64,000 nucleotides of DNA. Source: Eledone cirrhosa (lineage: Eukaryota). Shown one piece after another: positions 1 through 10,944 of the stretch (positions are counted from its first letter, which is position 1; each line of letters begins with the position of its first letter). Made by a program: the position numbers and the translations under genes. The notes beneath the pieces were generated by a model that was not told the DNA's origin, did no database searches, and saw only the letters and a list, made by a program, of their open reading frames with translations. The DNA lies in contig OZ024740.1 in assembly GCA_964016885.1 (NCBI GenBank), positions 128,402,001 through 128,466,000 on the forward strand, in the 5' to 3' direction.

Positions 1-66
1 CTGTGCTCTCAGTTCAAATAACGCTGAGGTCAACTTTGCCTTTCACCCTTTCAAGGTCAATAAATA
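1..66 (+). mobile_element. Partial SINE (Meta-domain-like core), truncated by window edge
   Basis: GAGGTCAACTTTGCCTTTCACCCTTTCAAGGTCAATAAA matches the core of fuller copies at 3629-3818 and 60600-60846. Confidence 0.7.
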
Positions 67-452
67 TAGTAGTGGAGTGGATAATTCCTATGTTGCTTTT
101 TATCATTTCTGTCTCCCTCTTTCTTTCTCTGTGTTTGTTCCTGGCAAGAGATGGGCTTCACAGGCTTCAAAAGGCCCATGACATGCTTTGTGCCTACCAC
201 CAACACCATCATCATCATTGTCATCATCATCATCATCATCATCATCATTAACGTCCATCTTCCACGCTAGCATGGGTTATTGTCACTATTATATTCAGTG
301 TGACTTTAATGAAATCTTATTTGTACATTGGTTGTATTGGTTAGATGCATCTGTATGATAATGTTTCTGCAATTCTCTGTACATGTGTTGTCTAGTCTAA
401 TCCTTAACTATTTAAGTTCACATCTTACATTAATGTTTCTCCTTTGCCTTAA

Positions 453-670
453 CTCTTTAGCATTTAAACCGGCTGTATCCAACCAGAATTCTCTCAACTC
501 TTTCTGCTCAAAATGGCTATAACTGGTCACTCATACTGATATTAAGGTATTCTCAAAATAAATAATATCAAAACTACATAGATTCGATATTATGTAAGAT
601 AATTATGTGAAATAAAACCTTTACCATGAAAATACAATAGTAAATATAGAGTAATGTAAATGCTAAAGGG
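453..670. mobile_element. piggyBac-type MITE
   Basis: TTAA on both sides (449-452, 671-674); TIRs CTCTTTAGCATTTA / TAAATGCTAAAGGG match 13/14. Confidence 0.75.
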
Positions 671-1016
671 TTAAATGCCCTCACTCTGATTCTATCTCCA
701 GTGGATATGTATTCTCTTTATTCATTAATTTCAAACTCAATCAGGAGCTAAGGACCTCCAGCTCCTGTTCCTGAGCTAAATTTTGTGCATGCATTTCCTT
801 ACTTATCAGTGAAAAACACATACTTCATTTTATGTTAGTTTAGAATTGCTAGACTTCAGCTCGAGGAAAATTGATGCAGTTGAAGAAATACTTCTTTCCA
901 TGCATATTTAAAACAAAAGAATTTCATAACTATTGAAATGGCAAAAATAATCATGACTCAGTGATTGGCCAACACAAACACACATATAGGTATAGGTATA
1001 TGAGGAAGCCCAACTG

Positions 1017-1020
<4 letters not shown>

Positions 1021-1072
<52 letters not shown>
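1021..1072. repeat. (GT)n microsatellite
   Basis: Direct reading. Confidence 0.95.
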
Positions 1073-1076
<4 letters not shown>

Positions 1077-1485
1077 GTTTATATCTGCACACCTTTGTAT
1101 TGACCCTATTTAAGAGACTAGAGCCATTTGCTTATCTCTTCCAATATATGCAAAGGCCCAGAAGTTGAATAAAACGAGTACCTTACTAAGAGGTTGAAAA
1201 TGGTCAGCTATTTCAAGAAGATTGAGTGACATAAGGTTTAACTAGTGTTAATGCAGTGTATGTTGCATTTTGCATAGAGATACTATATTTTGGAAGGAAT
1301 TCAAGGTCATTTATTTTTATTGCAGGTGTATTAAAAGGGTGGATGCAAATCAGTTGGTTTAAAAGGATAATCAAAACAGTTTCAATTAGTAAAACTAGTG
1401 TTTTACTATCCAACCCTTGCTGGGGCTCATTTTGTATGTAAAATTAACATATAGAATTAATCATTGTGCTTGCAATAATGATGTT

Positions 1486-1486
<1 letters not shown>

Positions 1487-1573
<87 letters not shown>

Positions 1574-1586
1574 TCTCTCTCTCTCT
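1487..1586. repeat. (CT)n microsatellite
   Basis: Direct reading. Confidence 0.95.
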
Positions 1587-2888
1587 TAATTTTATACACC
1601 ACAACTGCTTTAAAAACTCACATGTGATGATGAATACTCTGTACGATTCAATAACGAGCTCTTGGTAATTCAAACAACTGAATCACCAACTCATGAATTA
1701 GCTATCTAAGCATTTGAATATCCCACAGACATGTATATACTTAATGTAATTATTATGCAAAATCAACAGAACACAATATATGACAAAACTAGATATTTTA
1801 ATTACAGACATCAGATAGGCCTCTACACAATGTGTAGTTACCCAATTTCAATAACATGGCAAAGTCACTTGATCTAGATGCCATGCAATAGGGTTAAACC
1901 TGGCACCTCATAATTGCGAAGCAAATTTTTTAACCACTCAAACATGCCTATGAAACTTAGTGAGAAGAAATATTTAATAACTTTAACTAGCTACTAGACC
2001 CAATTATATAGGCTTAAGATTATCTTTGACATAAAATTTCACCTTGTTAAATTGATGGGTTACAATTTGTTCAGCAACCTTAAGATATTTGTCTACTGCT
2101 GCTAACATTCTCTCATAATTCTTGGTAACTAATCTGAAGATTTATAAAGCGTGTGTGTGTGAAGGATAGGGGGTAAAATTAAGTTCCTTACATGGCAGAG
2201 GCATTGCAATGCAGAGGTTAAGAGATATTTTCTAAGAAACCATACTCTTGATAATCTGATACATTATCAACTTGACAATATCATCCCTACTACTCTGTCA
2301 ATGGAAATCATCTCCTACTTACTATTCATTTCTCCCTTTCATTCTTTCTATCAATATTTTTTATTTCCATTAAGCTATCTTGTTACCTTTTCAATGTCAA
2401 TAAACATCTCAAAAGCTTTCAAAACTCAGTAAATAAATATGCTAGTGGACGTTTTGTAAATGACAAGCATTTCAATTCAGAAGTGGGTAAGAGTGTGTTT
2501 CCATTCAATTTTTCAGATGGAATTGTATGAATACATTACAGGGATCTAGAAGGTAACTTTTTTCTTGTTATATTTGTACACACAAGCAATAACAACTCTG
2601 CACATCTGTATGCAAATACACATATACACATAATTCCATATATGTATAAATGCACATTAAATTCAAATAGTAAAACACAAACATATACACACATTTTTAA
2701 CATACATACACAACACCCTGTCAATTATATGATTATGTGTAAGCCATTCAGTTTTTCTCCCTCTTTCACTCTTTTATATGCACACAAGTTGATCAGTGCC
2801 TAATACATATATGTATATATTCTGACATCCAATATTATCAGTATTTGATAAAGAGGGTATATATGTGTACACAGATACATAGAATGGG

Positions 2889-2930
<42 letters not shown>

Positions 2931-2931
<1 letters not shown>

Positions 2932-3337
2932 ATATATTAATAAATGGAAACTATATTTATAAAACCATATTTATTTTATTATACATATTTCAAGGGTAAT
3001 CAAGGCAAATTATGGTGCGCTTTCATCAGATAAAATACAGATTTGTTTTATAAATAAATATTGACATACCCGGAAAAAAAGACAATCTTAACGGCTGGAG
3101 CTTCTGGGTATGTCAATATTTATTTATAAAACAAATCTGTATTTTATCTGATGAAACCGCACCATAATTTGCCTTGGTTGCCCCTGAAATATGTATAATA
3201 AAATAAATATGGTTTTATAAATATAGTTTCCATTTATTAATATATTGTGTATTTACTCCACTAATTTGTTGAGTGCTTTATATCAGTTATAAAAAATGTT
3301 TAAGCTTGTTGAATCCCAACAAATTAAATATAACTTC

Positions 3338-3340
<3 letters not shown>
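2931..3340 (+). mobile_element. Non-autonomous fold-back element with hammerhead motifs (PLE pLTR-like, family A)
   Basis: 145-bp inverted arms 2931-3075 / 3102-3246, 26-bp spacer, one-sided tail 3247-3340, (TA)n on both flanks; homologous to 44133-44673. Confidence 0.8.
3140..3205 (+). ncRNA. Minimal type-I hammerhead ribozyme motif (mirror copy on minus strand 2972-3037)
   Basis: Stem I TATTTTAT/ATAAAATA, CTGATGA core, imperfect stem II, GAAA, stem III ATA-TG-TAT, AUA triplet. Confidence 0.6.
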
Positions 3341-3383
<43 letters not shown>

Positions 3384-3413
3384 TATACATTCATGAGTGA
3401 ATGATAATAATAT

Positions 3414-3610
3414 CATAATAATTGTTTCTACTTTTGGCACAAGGCCAGCAATTACCCAGTGTATTACTGGTACTTTATTTTATCGACCCTGTAAGGATGA
3501 AAGCAAAGTTAACCTCGGAAGGATTTGAACTCAGACCATAAAGGGCCGTAACTATTTGATGCAAAGCATGGCATCTGACCCTCTACCGATACTGCCAATC
3601 CACCGCCCTT
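3414..3610 (-). mobile_element. tRNA-head SINE with Meta-domain-like core
   Basis: Reverse complement of the copy at 60600-60846; B-box-like GAGTTCAAATCC; (ATT)n tail. Confidence 0.8.
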
Positions 3611-3628
3611 ATATATATCATTATTATT

Positions 3629-3818
3629 GATTGGCAGTATCGGTAGAGGATCGGATGCCATGCTTTGAAGCATAAAGTTACCTCCCTGTATGATCTGAGT
3701 TCAAATCCCCCCGAGGTTAACTTTGCCTTTCATCCTTCCGGGGTCGATAGAATAAAGTACCAGTAATGCATTGGTTAATTGCTGGCCTTGTGCCAAAAGT
3801 AGAAACAATTATTATTAT
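3629..3818 (+). mobile_element. tRNA-head SINE with Meta-domain-like core
   Basis: GAGTTCAAATCC...CTTTGCCTTTCATCCTTCCGGGGTCGATAGAATAAAGTACCAG...(ATT)n. Confidence 0.8.
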
Positions 3819-4228
3819 TCACACACGAATGGATTTACATATCTGCTATGTTAGAGCAAAAACAAGTTTTGTTTTTAATTTTCGGCAAAGGCAGTTATAA
3901 AGTTGCTTGGTATGCAAATTAGGCTAATCAACTGCTGTATACTTTAGAGCTTATTATATATTCTCAAGAGTTCCAGGGTGTTGCAGAAAAGAGAGAAATA
4001 CACAATCTTGATAAGGGTAATAACCCCGAAACAATTGTAAATTGCTTATATCTCTGCTACCATTGGAACAAAAGAATGATGTTAGTCATCTGGAACACAT
4101 AACGCGTTATGAGGTTGTTTGCTTGCAATGGAATCGGATATTGATAATATTATATATTATATTATTAATATTTACTCACGAATGCATTTACATATCTGCT
4201 ATGTTAGAACGAAAACAAATTATGTTTA
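3817..4228 (+). mobile_element. Retrozyme-like unit: ~55-bp terminal direct repeats with 353-nt period and an internal hammerhead
   Basis: CACGAATG(G/C)ATTTACATATCTGCTATGTTAGA at 3824 and 4177; HHR fold at 3992-4055; followed by (TA)n. Confidence 0.6.
3992..4055 (+). ncRNA. Type-I hammerhead motif with U3-A8 variant core
   Basis: TTGATAA core, stem II GGG/CCC, GAAA, palindromic stem III ACAATTGT, GUA triplet; stem I CAAT/ATTG (C-A mismatch next to the core) extended by AGAGAAATA/TATATCTCT. Confidence 0.6.
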
Positions 4229-4326
4229 TATATATATAAACAAATTTATTACATAGCCATTTGGAATTGATCTGATATGGTCACTCTTATGAGTATGTCA
4301 TATAACATTTTATACACCTAATATTG

Positions 4327-4386
4327 TATTTTGTCTGAAGAAGGCATGCTATAATTTAGCATCCCAGAAATATATATAATGAAATA
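4327..4386 (+). ncRNA. Minimal type-I hammerhead motif (family A, solo copy)
   Basis: TATTTTGT-CTGAAGA-AGGCATGCTA/TAGCATCCCA-GAAA-TATATATA-ATGAAATA. Confidence 0.6.
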
Positions 4387-4679
4387 AATAATGATGCTAT
4401 AGTTTTATATTTATTACTATTATTATTATTATTATATATATATATATGTATATACACACACACATTGTCATCATCAACATTTAACATTTGTTTTTCTTAG
4501 TATTACTGCACAAGAACATTTTTTGAAGCAACATTACAGATTAGATTGGCTATATTTTATCATAGCACCAGCCACCAGCTCTTAGCCATTATGATATGTG
4601 TTGGGTGGATTTTCTCATGACTCCAGTATTAGAAATGTGTTTACATGCTCAACCAGGTGGAGGAGTCCTCCCCCAAACC

Positions 4680-4716
<37 letters not shown>

Positions 4717-4887
4717 GGTCTTGTAACTCCTGATAGTGTTGTAGGGGCGCTGTATTTACATATGGCGTTTCTTGGGCATTTTAAGCCTGGGGGAGCCCAT
4801 CCCTCTCCAGGCCTGAGTACAGCAGATTTCTTCCAGAGAAAACTTGAAAGTGAGAGAGGAGGAAATGATAAAGAGATATAGAGGAAG

Positions 4888-4992
4888 AATCGACCCTAAT
4901 ACTTGACTGGTACTTCTTTTATATCAACCTCGAAAGGATGAAAGGCAAAGTTTACCTCGGCAGGATTTGAACTGAGAGAGCAGAGAGCCAGA
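4888..4992 (-). mobile_element. Partial Meta-domain-like SINE
   Basis: CTGGTACTT...GGATGAAAGGCAAAGTTTACCTCGGCAGGATTTGAAC. Confidence 0.7.
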
Positions 4993-5310
4993 ATTATATA
5001 TCAAATATCTATATATATTTTATATAGTTGTCTGAGTGAGAATTGTAATTATGAAAGAATGAGTACTCAATATGTGAACATATTAGATGCCAAGTGAGTA
5101 TTTTTCTGGGACAAATTACTATCTCAAACAAAAAATATATTCAACAGAGATAAAGAAAAGTTTCACAGTACTGTTGCCTCACCTAGATCAACGAACATTT
5201 TTTTACCAAAAAAATGTTTTTGAATGTTTCAGCTCCAGATGTAAACAAGTCACCAGAGGCATATATAGCATATTTAGGCAAAGGTTGTTGAGTGAAAGTG
5301 AACACTAGTA

Positions 5311-5590
5311 ATCAGATGACATCACAAACATCTGAGTATCAAAGAAAATATTGTGCATTGTTGCCATGTATCTTAAGTAATATAATATAACATAATATAA
5401 TATAACATACAAGAATATAATATAACATAATATAATATAATATAATATAATATAATATAATATAACATATTATAAAATAATCAGATAACATCACAAAACT
5501 GTGAATATCTAGGAAAGCTTGTGCATTGTTGCTATATATTTTAAGTAATACATAATGTAATATCATATAACATAATATAATTTAATATAT
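5311..5590. repeat. Diverged ~170-bp tandem duplication containing (TATAA)n
   Basis: ATCAGAT(G/A)ACATCACAAA...TGTGCATTGTTGC...TTAAGTAATA occurs at about 5311 and 5480. Confidence 0.75.
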
Positions 5591-5910
5591 ATTATGGCCA
5601 TTAACATCATCATCCTTTAATATCCACTTTCTCTTCTAGCAAGGGTTCGACAGATTTTCACAGACCGAGTCAGTACTGAAGTGGGGCCACTAACCTCCAA
5701 GACAGGCTGGCTATTCATTTCTTGCTAACATTCAGTTCTGTGTTTTACCAAGTCATTCTATCCTGGCAACAGCCCTAGAGAGGTTATCATATCTTTGACT
5801 CAACTAAAAGGTCTTGTCACCCTTTAGTTTAGAAAGATGTCTACAGCTAGATGGCCTTCCTAACACCAATCACATTACAGCATGTGTTAGGAGATTTTTA
5901 TTGCATAGAT

Positions 5911-6097
5911 CAGGCATGTCAAACTGATGGTCCCCCGGGGGCCACATGGGTCACATATATGTTGTCTGAGAGCCACACATGACAATTAATTGTGCACATT
6001 ACAACTAATTTTATGAAGATAAAACATGCTCACGCTGTAAAAAACTTTGTGCGGGCCACAGGTGTGCTTGTAAAAGGCAGCATGTTTGACATGCCTT
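5911..6097. mobile_element. hAT (Charlie-like) MITE
   Basis: TIRs CAGGCATGTCAAAC / GTTTGACATGCCTT; 8-bp TSD GCATAGAT/GCGTAGAT. Confidence 0.8.
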
Positions 6098-6719
6098 GCG
6101 TAGATCACCAACACTATGGAGATTGTTTTGTCATTGATACAAATGAAGTGTCCTCTCAACTCCTTTCACAATGATTCCTACAACCAGCTGCCCATCCTGT
6201 TGCCATCTCCTTTAAAGGTGTACTGGGTATATTTTTATGTCGTTGTCTATAGAAAGGCTGTTGGTCATATTCCCAACTGAAGAGGCCCGTCCACTCTAGG
6301 GAGGGGTCAATAGAGGAGAGAGATAGTTATGAAATTATATGTGTATGTGATGATTTGGCAATTATTAAGCAGAAGTGATGGCTGAAATTATATGAGGAGA
6401 GGGGATGTAGTGCTCTGGGAGTGAAATCGAGAGACTGTGGGTAAAGGGAAGTGATGGAGAGATAGGTAAGGGGTGGAAGTAAGGGAAAGTATAAGGAGAG
6501 AGATAGTAGCTACTAGGGTGTAATAGTGAATTTAAAGGCTTTAGTGGGTAGAGTAGCTACACTGCATTTCTGGAGGGGGCATGGATGGTGAGGATAGCTG
6601 CTTTGAGTGTTATTGGAGGGGGGTACATGGATGTGTCAGGTCATATTTTATTGTATGCTGGTAGTTTAGTCTTCATCACAGCATAGTGCCAGCCCTCTTG
6701 CACCTTTTTCATATCTATT

Positions 6720-7165
6720 GTGAGATTTACTTTTTCAAGGGTGGTCTGCTCCACCTTGTTCCAAGTCTTCCTGGGCCTGCCTCTTCCATGGATTCCAGTC
6801 ATTGAGATTTCTCTGCATTTCTTTATGCATCAGCTCTCTTCCATACACATCGCATGTTCATACCAGTGCAATTGTCTCTCTTGCACACTACATCCAAATC
6901 GTCTGATGCCAAGTTTTTCTTTCATTTCAATTAGGCTACGTCATTCATGTGCACTAACATTACACACCCATTGCATCATACTCATTTCACTTTTTCCAGA
7001 CTTTTCTGGTCTTCTGCTGTAGTAACTCATATTTTATTGCATTGTAGCATTTCAATTCTGATGTTAGTATTTTGTAGCCAACACTTCTCTCTGAGTACCG
7101 GTATCAGCTCTCTAAACGTCTTCCACCCTGTTTTTATCTTGGCCCTGTCAAATGTTTTCTCTATA
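6720..7165 (-). mobile_element. Degenerate RTE LINE 3' fragment
   Basis: KTGWKTFRELIPVL resembles RTGWKKFRELLTLL of the ORF at 41398-42561. Confidence 0.7.
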
Positions 7166-7202
7166 TCTACAACAGCCAGACATAACACACAACACACAAT
7201 AA

Positions 7203-7470
7203 CAAGATGGTGGAGGACAGAAAAAAGGAGAGACACAAAATAAGAAATCATTCACTGAGGAGGTCATAGAATCTGTGATGAAAGAGCATTGACAACATAT
7301 AACCAACCAATTACTGAACCAACCAACTAGATATTTATAAAATAATTGAAGTGAAAACAACAGGTGCGTGTGTTTTTATTGACAGCATCACCCTCCCAAA
7401 TTATAACAATATGTGTTTCAACACACGTTTTCGGATGAGAAAATCTTGTAAAACAAATTAAAAAACGAAG
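7203..7470 (+). mobile_element. Solo diverged copy of hammerhead element family B
   Basis: Colinear with 8410-8724; CTGAGGA-GGTCATAGA/TCTGTGAT-GAAA at 7255-7283 with mutated cleavage triplet; ends in (TA)n. Confidence 0.75.
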
Positions 7471-7480
7471 TATATATATA

Positions 7481-7553
<73 letters not shown>

Positions 7554-8154
7554 TTTATGGTGCTGACACTGGAGAGACCACAACCATGGGGGTCCTTAAT
7601 GCATTGGAATATGATGAGTGGTTATACGGAAAGGTATCAACCCCATCACAATACCCGTCTCCCTCAATCTCTCTTTCTCTCTCTCTCTGTATACATATAT
7701 ATATATAGGAAGAGAGAGAGAGAGAGAGAGGGAGCTCATAGATAGGACAACACACGGTTTTTCGTGGTGGTAAGTTTTTACTAATTTTCGTATTCTGAAA
7801 GACCAAACTACAACAAAGATTTTTGCTCATTGGACGCCGGGAATGTTCTGACAAAAGCTGTGGAAGCTACAGAAATATTCCTTATATTCTTCCAGAGCAA
7901 TCTCTATTTAAACATTTTACATGTTACGATTACTTGTCCGCCATTGCAAAAGGCCATACATTCAAATTTTGAAAAGAGAGGGAAAGAGACAAGTGAACTA
8001 TGAACGTGTACATCTCACAGCACCCCCGCCACCACAATAACGTCTACACTCGCTCCCCACCACCACTACATAGCTCATTACACTATCTAAGATGGCTGAC
8101 CTGTTGACAAACTGCTAACTCCTTTGATGTATGTATGTGTATATATATATATAT

Positions 8155-8721
8155 ATATTGTTATACTTTGGGAGGGTCATGTTGCCAATAAGAAACACAC
8201 GCACCAGTTGCTTTCACTTCAATTTAATTTAATATATATTTATAAATTTACAAATTTATAAATTTCTGGTTGGTTGGTTGGTTCCACAACCAGATAGTTG
8301 TTTATATATATATAGTCATAGTTCTTTCGTCACACACTCTGTGACCTCTTCAGTGACTGGGGATTTCTTTCTTCGTTTCTGTGCCTTTCCTTTCTTCTAT
8401 CCTACGCCAAAATGGCGTAGGATAGAAGAAAGGAAAGGCACAGAAACGAAGAAAGAAATCCCCAGTCACTGAAGAGGTCACAGAGTGTGTGACGAAAGAA
8501 CTATGACTATATATATATAAACAACTATCTGGTTGTGGAACCAACCAACCAACCAGAAATTTATAAATTTGTAAATTTATAAATATATATTAAATTAAAT
8601 TGAAGTGAAAGCAACTGGTGCGTGTGTTTCTTATTGGCAACATGACCCTCCCAAAGTATAACAATATCGGTTTCAACACACGATTTCAGATAAAGAATCT
8701 TGCTAAACAAATTCAGAAACG

Positions 8722-8724
<3 letters not shown>
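8155..8724 (+). mobile_element. Palindromic hammerhead element (family B)
   Basis: Arms 8155-8409 / 8413-8667, loop AAA, tail 8668-8724, (TA)n flanks; mirror ORFs 8278-8472(+) and 8350-8544(-) confirm the symmetry. Confidence 0.9.
8464..8508 (+). ncRNA. Minimal type-I hammerhead motif (mirror copy on minus strand 8314-8358)
   Basis: AGTCA-CTGAAGA-G-GTCACA/TGTGAC-GAAA-G-AA-CTA-TGACT; one extra G between core and stem II. Confidence 0.65.
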
Positions 8725-8783
<59 letters not shown>

Positions 8784-9606
8784 ATGTGGGTATATATGTG
8801 TGTATATATATATCTCAGTGGATGCGACCAGATTTAAACACAGCAACAACTACAACAACAACAACTACAACAGCAACAACACCATTGTCTGTGTTGAATG
8901 TGTGTGTATGTATGTATATATATATATGTGTATGTCAGGTCACCAGTTGGTGCTACTGGTAACATGTATCCCAGTACAACCTGTCTCATAGTCTGGTTGT
9001 TGGCGACTAAACTGGCAACCCCACCAAGGTTTCTTGGTGAGGAGGGTGACTTTGGGCATCCTGCATGACTAAAATCAAAACCTGTCAAAGGGCAAAGGAG
9101 CTATTAAGAGCCAATGGCCATCTAAAATCACCAGGAGAGATGACCCCTTAGCCTTTGTCAAGGCAGAATTCTAGGAGAAAGAAAACTCTGATATAACACC
9201 TTCAACTCTGATGGTATCCAATGATGTTGACTTGTTCTTCATTTTGGTAAATATCATCTTGGTTAAGAGAGTGGGACTGGTTTTGTGCAGTGCCTTTGCT
9301 CACTATAAAAGCTTCACGGCACAGGCGTTGCTTTATATCTGGAGATCTCTCTGCACTTGTCGTCATATGGTACCATGGGCCCAGCACTGTGTGTCAATAA
9401 TTGTCACAAGTGTAGTGTTTTCAAGTCGCTGGCTGGACTAAAAGGTCACACTCGTTCAGCGCAATGGTAGGGGTTCTCCTACATGGATATAAAGTAGTGG
9501 CCGTACTCGAAAACGAGTTGGCAGCCACCATATGTGTATCTATATACATGTATGTGTATATATCACACACGCGAAGCGAACAAATTTCAAAATGTCAACC
9601 CAGCGA

Positions 9607-10060
9607 CTACAACAACAGCAACAGTAACAGCACCATTGTCTGCAGCAGCAGCATCAGTGAAATTAACAACAACAACGGCAGCAGCAGCAGCAGCAGCAAC
9701 AACAACAACATCAACAACAACAACAATAACAACGCAACAACTGCCACCACCGTCACTGACATGATCCACCACCATCCACCACCTTCACCACCACAACAAA
9801 CACCACCATCCACCACCTTCACCACCACAACAACCACCACCACCATCACCACCACTACCACCACCACCACCATCACTGACATCAACCACCACCACCACCT
9901 TCATCATCACTGACCACATCCACCACCATCACCACTACTATTCACCACCAACACCACCATCACTGGCACCATCCACCTCCACCACCATCACTATCACTGA
10001 TACCATCCACCACCACTACCATCACCGTCGCTGACACCATCCACCATCACCACCATCACC
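9607..10060. repeat. (CAA/CAG/CAC)n low-complexity trinucleotide tract
   Basis: Direct reading. Confidence 0.9.
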
Positions 10061-10085
10061 AGCGATCAAGCCTTAAAAATAACTA

Positions 10086-10480
10086 TAATAATAATTGTTT
10101 CAACGTTTGGCACAAAGCCAACAATTATCCCAGTGTATAACTGGTACTTTATTTTATCAACCCTGTAAGGAAGAAAGGCAAAATTAATCTTGGCGGGATT
10201 TGAACTCAGACCGTAAGGTCCGTAACTCTATGCTGCAAAGCATGGCGTCCGACCTCTACCGATACTGCCAATTCACCGCCCTTATAACTATAAAAATAAT
10301 TGTTTCTACTTTTGGCTCAAGGCCAGCAATAACCCAGTATATTACTGGTACTTTATTTTATCAACCCTGTAAGAATCAAATGCAAAGTTAACCTCGGCGG
10401 GATTTGATCTGAGAATGACAAGGGCCGTAACTCTATGTGTCAAAGCATGGTGTCCGACCCTCTACCGATACTGCCAATCC
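10086..10480 (-). mobile_element. Two tandem Meta-domain-like SINE copies
   Basis: 10086-10284 and 10294-10480 each match the reverse complement of 60600-60846. Confidence 0.85.
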
Positions 10481-10944
10481 TCAGCATTATATTAATAATA
10501 ATAATATTAAATAGCTATAATAATAATAATACTAAATAACTATTCTGTTCTTGGCACGGGGCAGCGATTGACCCAGCGCATTGCTGGTGCCTTGTTTTTT
10601 GGGGGCCCGGAGAGTTGAGACCCGTTGCTCTTTGCTGTAAAGCAAACAATTATTATTATTGTTATATAAAAACTGAACTGGACTGGAAAAGTCAACAGTT
10701 GACATGATTTTGATTTTGTATCCGTACTGACGGTAATATATTTATATATATGTATGTGTTTGTGTGTGTGAGTGTTTGTATGCATGAATGTTGGTGTGTG
10801 AGTGACGTGTGTGTTTGTAGTTTGTATGCATGAGTGTTGGTGTGTGAGTGAGTGTGTGTACCGTGAGTGTCAACAAGCGGCTTTTTTCTGACAAGAGAGG
10901 GCCCTTCAGTCTAGTAAGACATCCTCTCTAGTGTTGGTGGCACA

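Noticed and set aside
2990-3190. A/G differences between the inverted arms as an ADAR footprint
   Set aside because: Only two of about five mismatches; indistinguishable from ordinary transitions
7838-7885. CTGACAA...GAAA motif
   Set aside because: Core mismatch and no consistent stem I/II; explained as a simple hairpin
8278-8544. Two near-identical 64-aa ORFs on opposite strands
   Set aside because: Consequence of the palindrome, not evidence of coding
9464-9913. 149-aa ORF with poly-N/S/T/H
   Set aside because: Translation of trinucleotide low-complexity sequence; no domain
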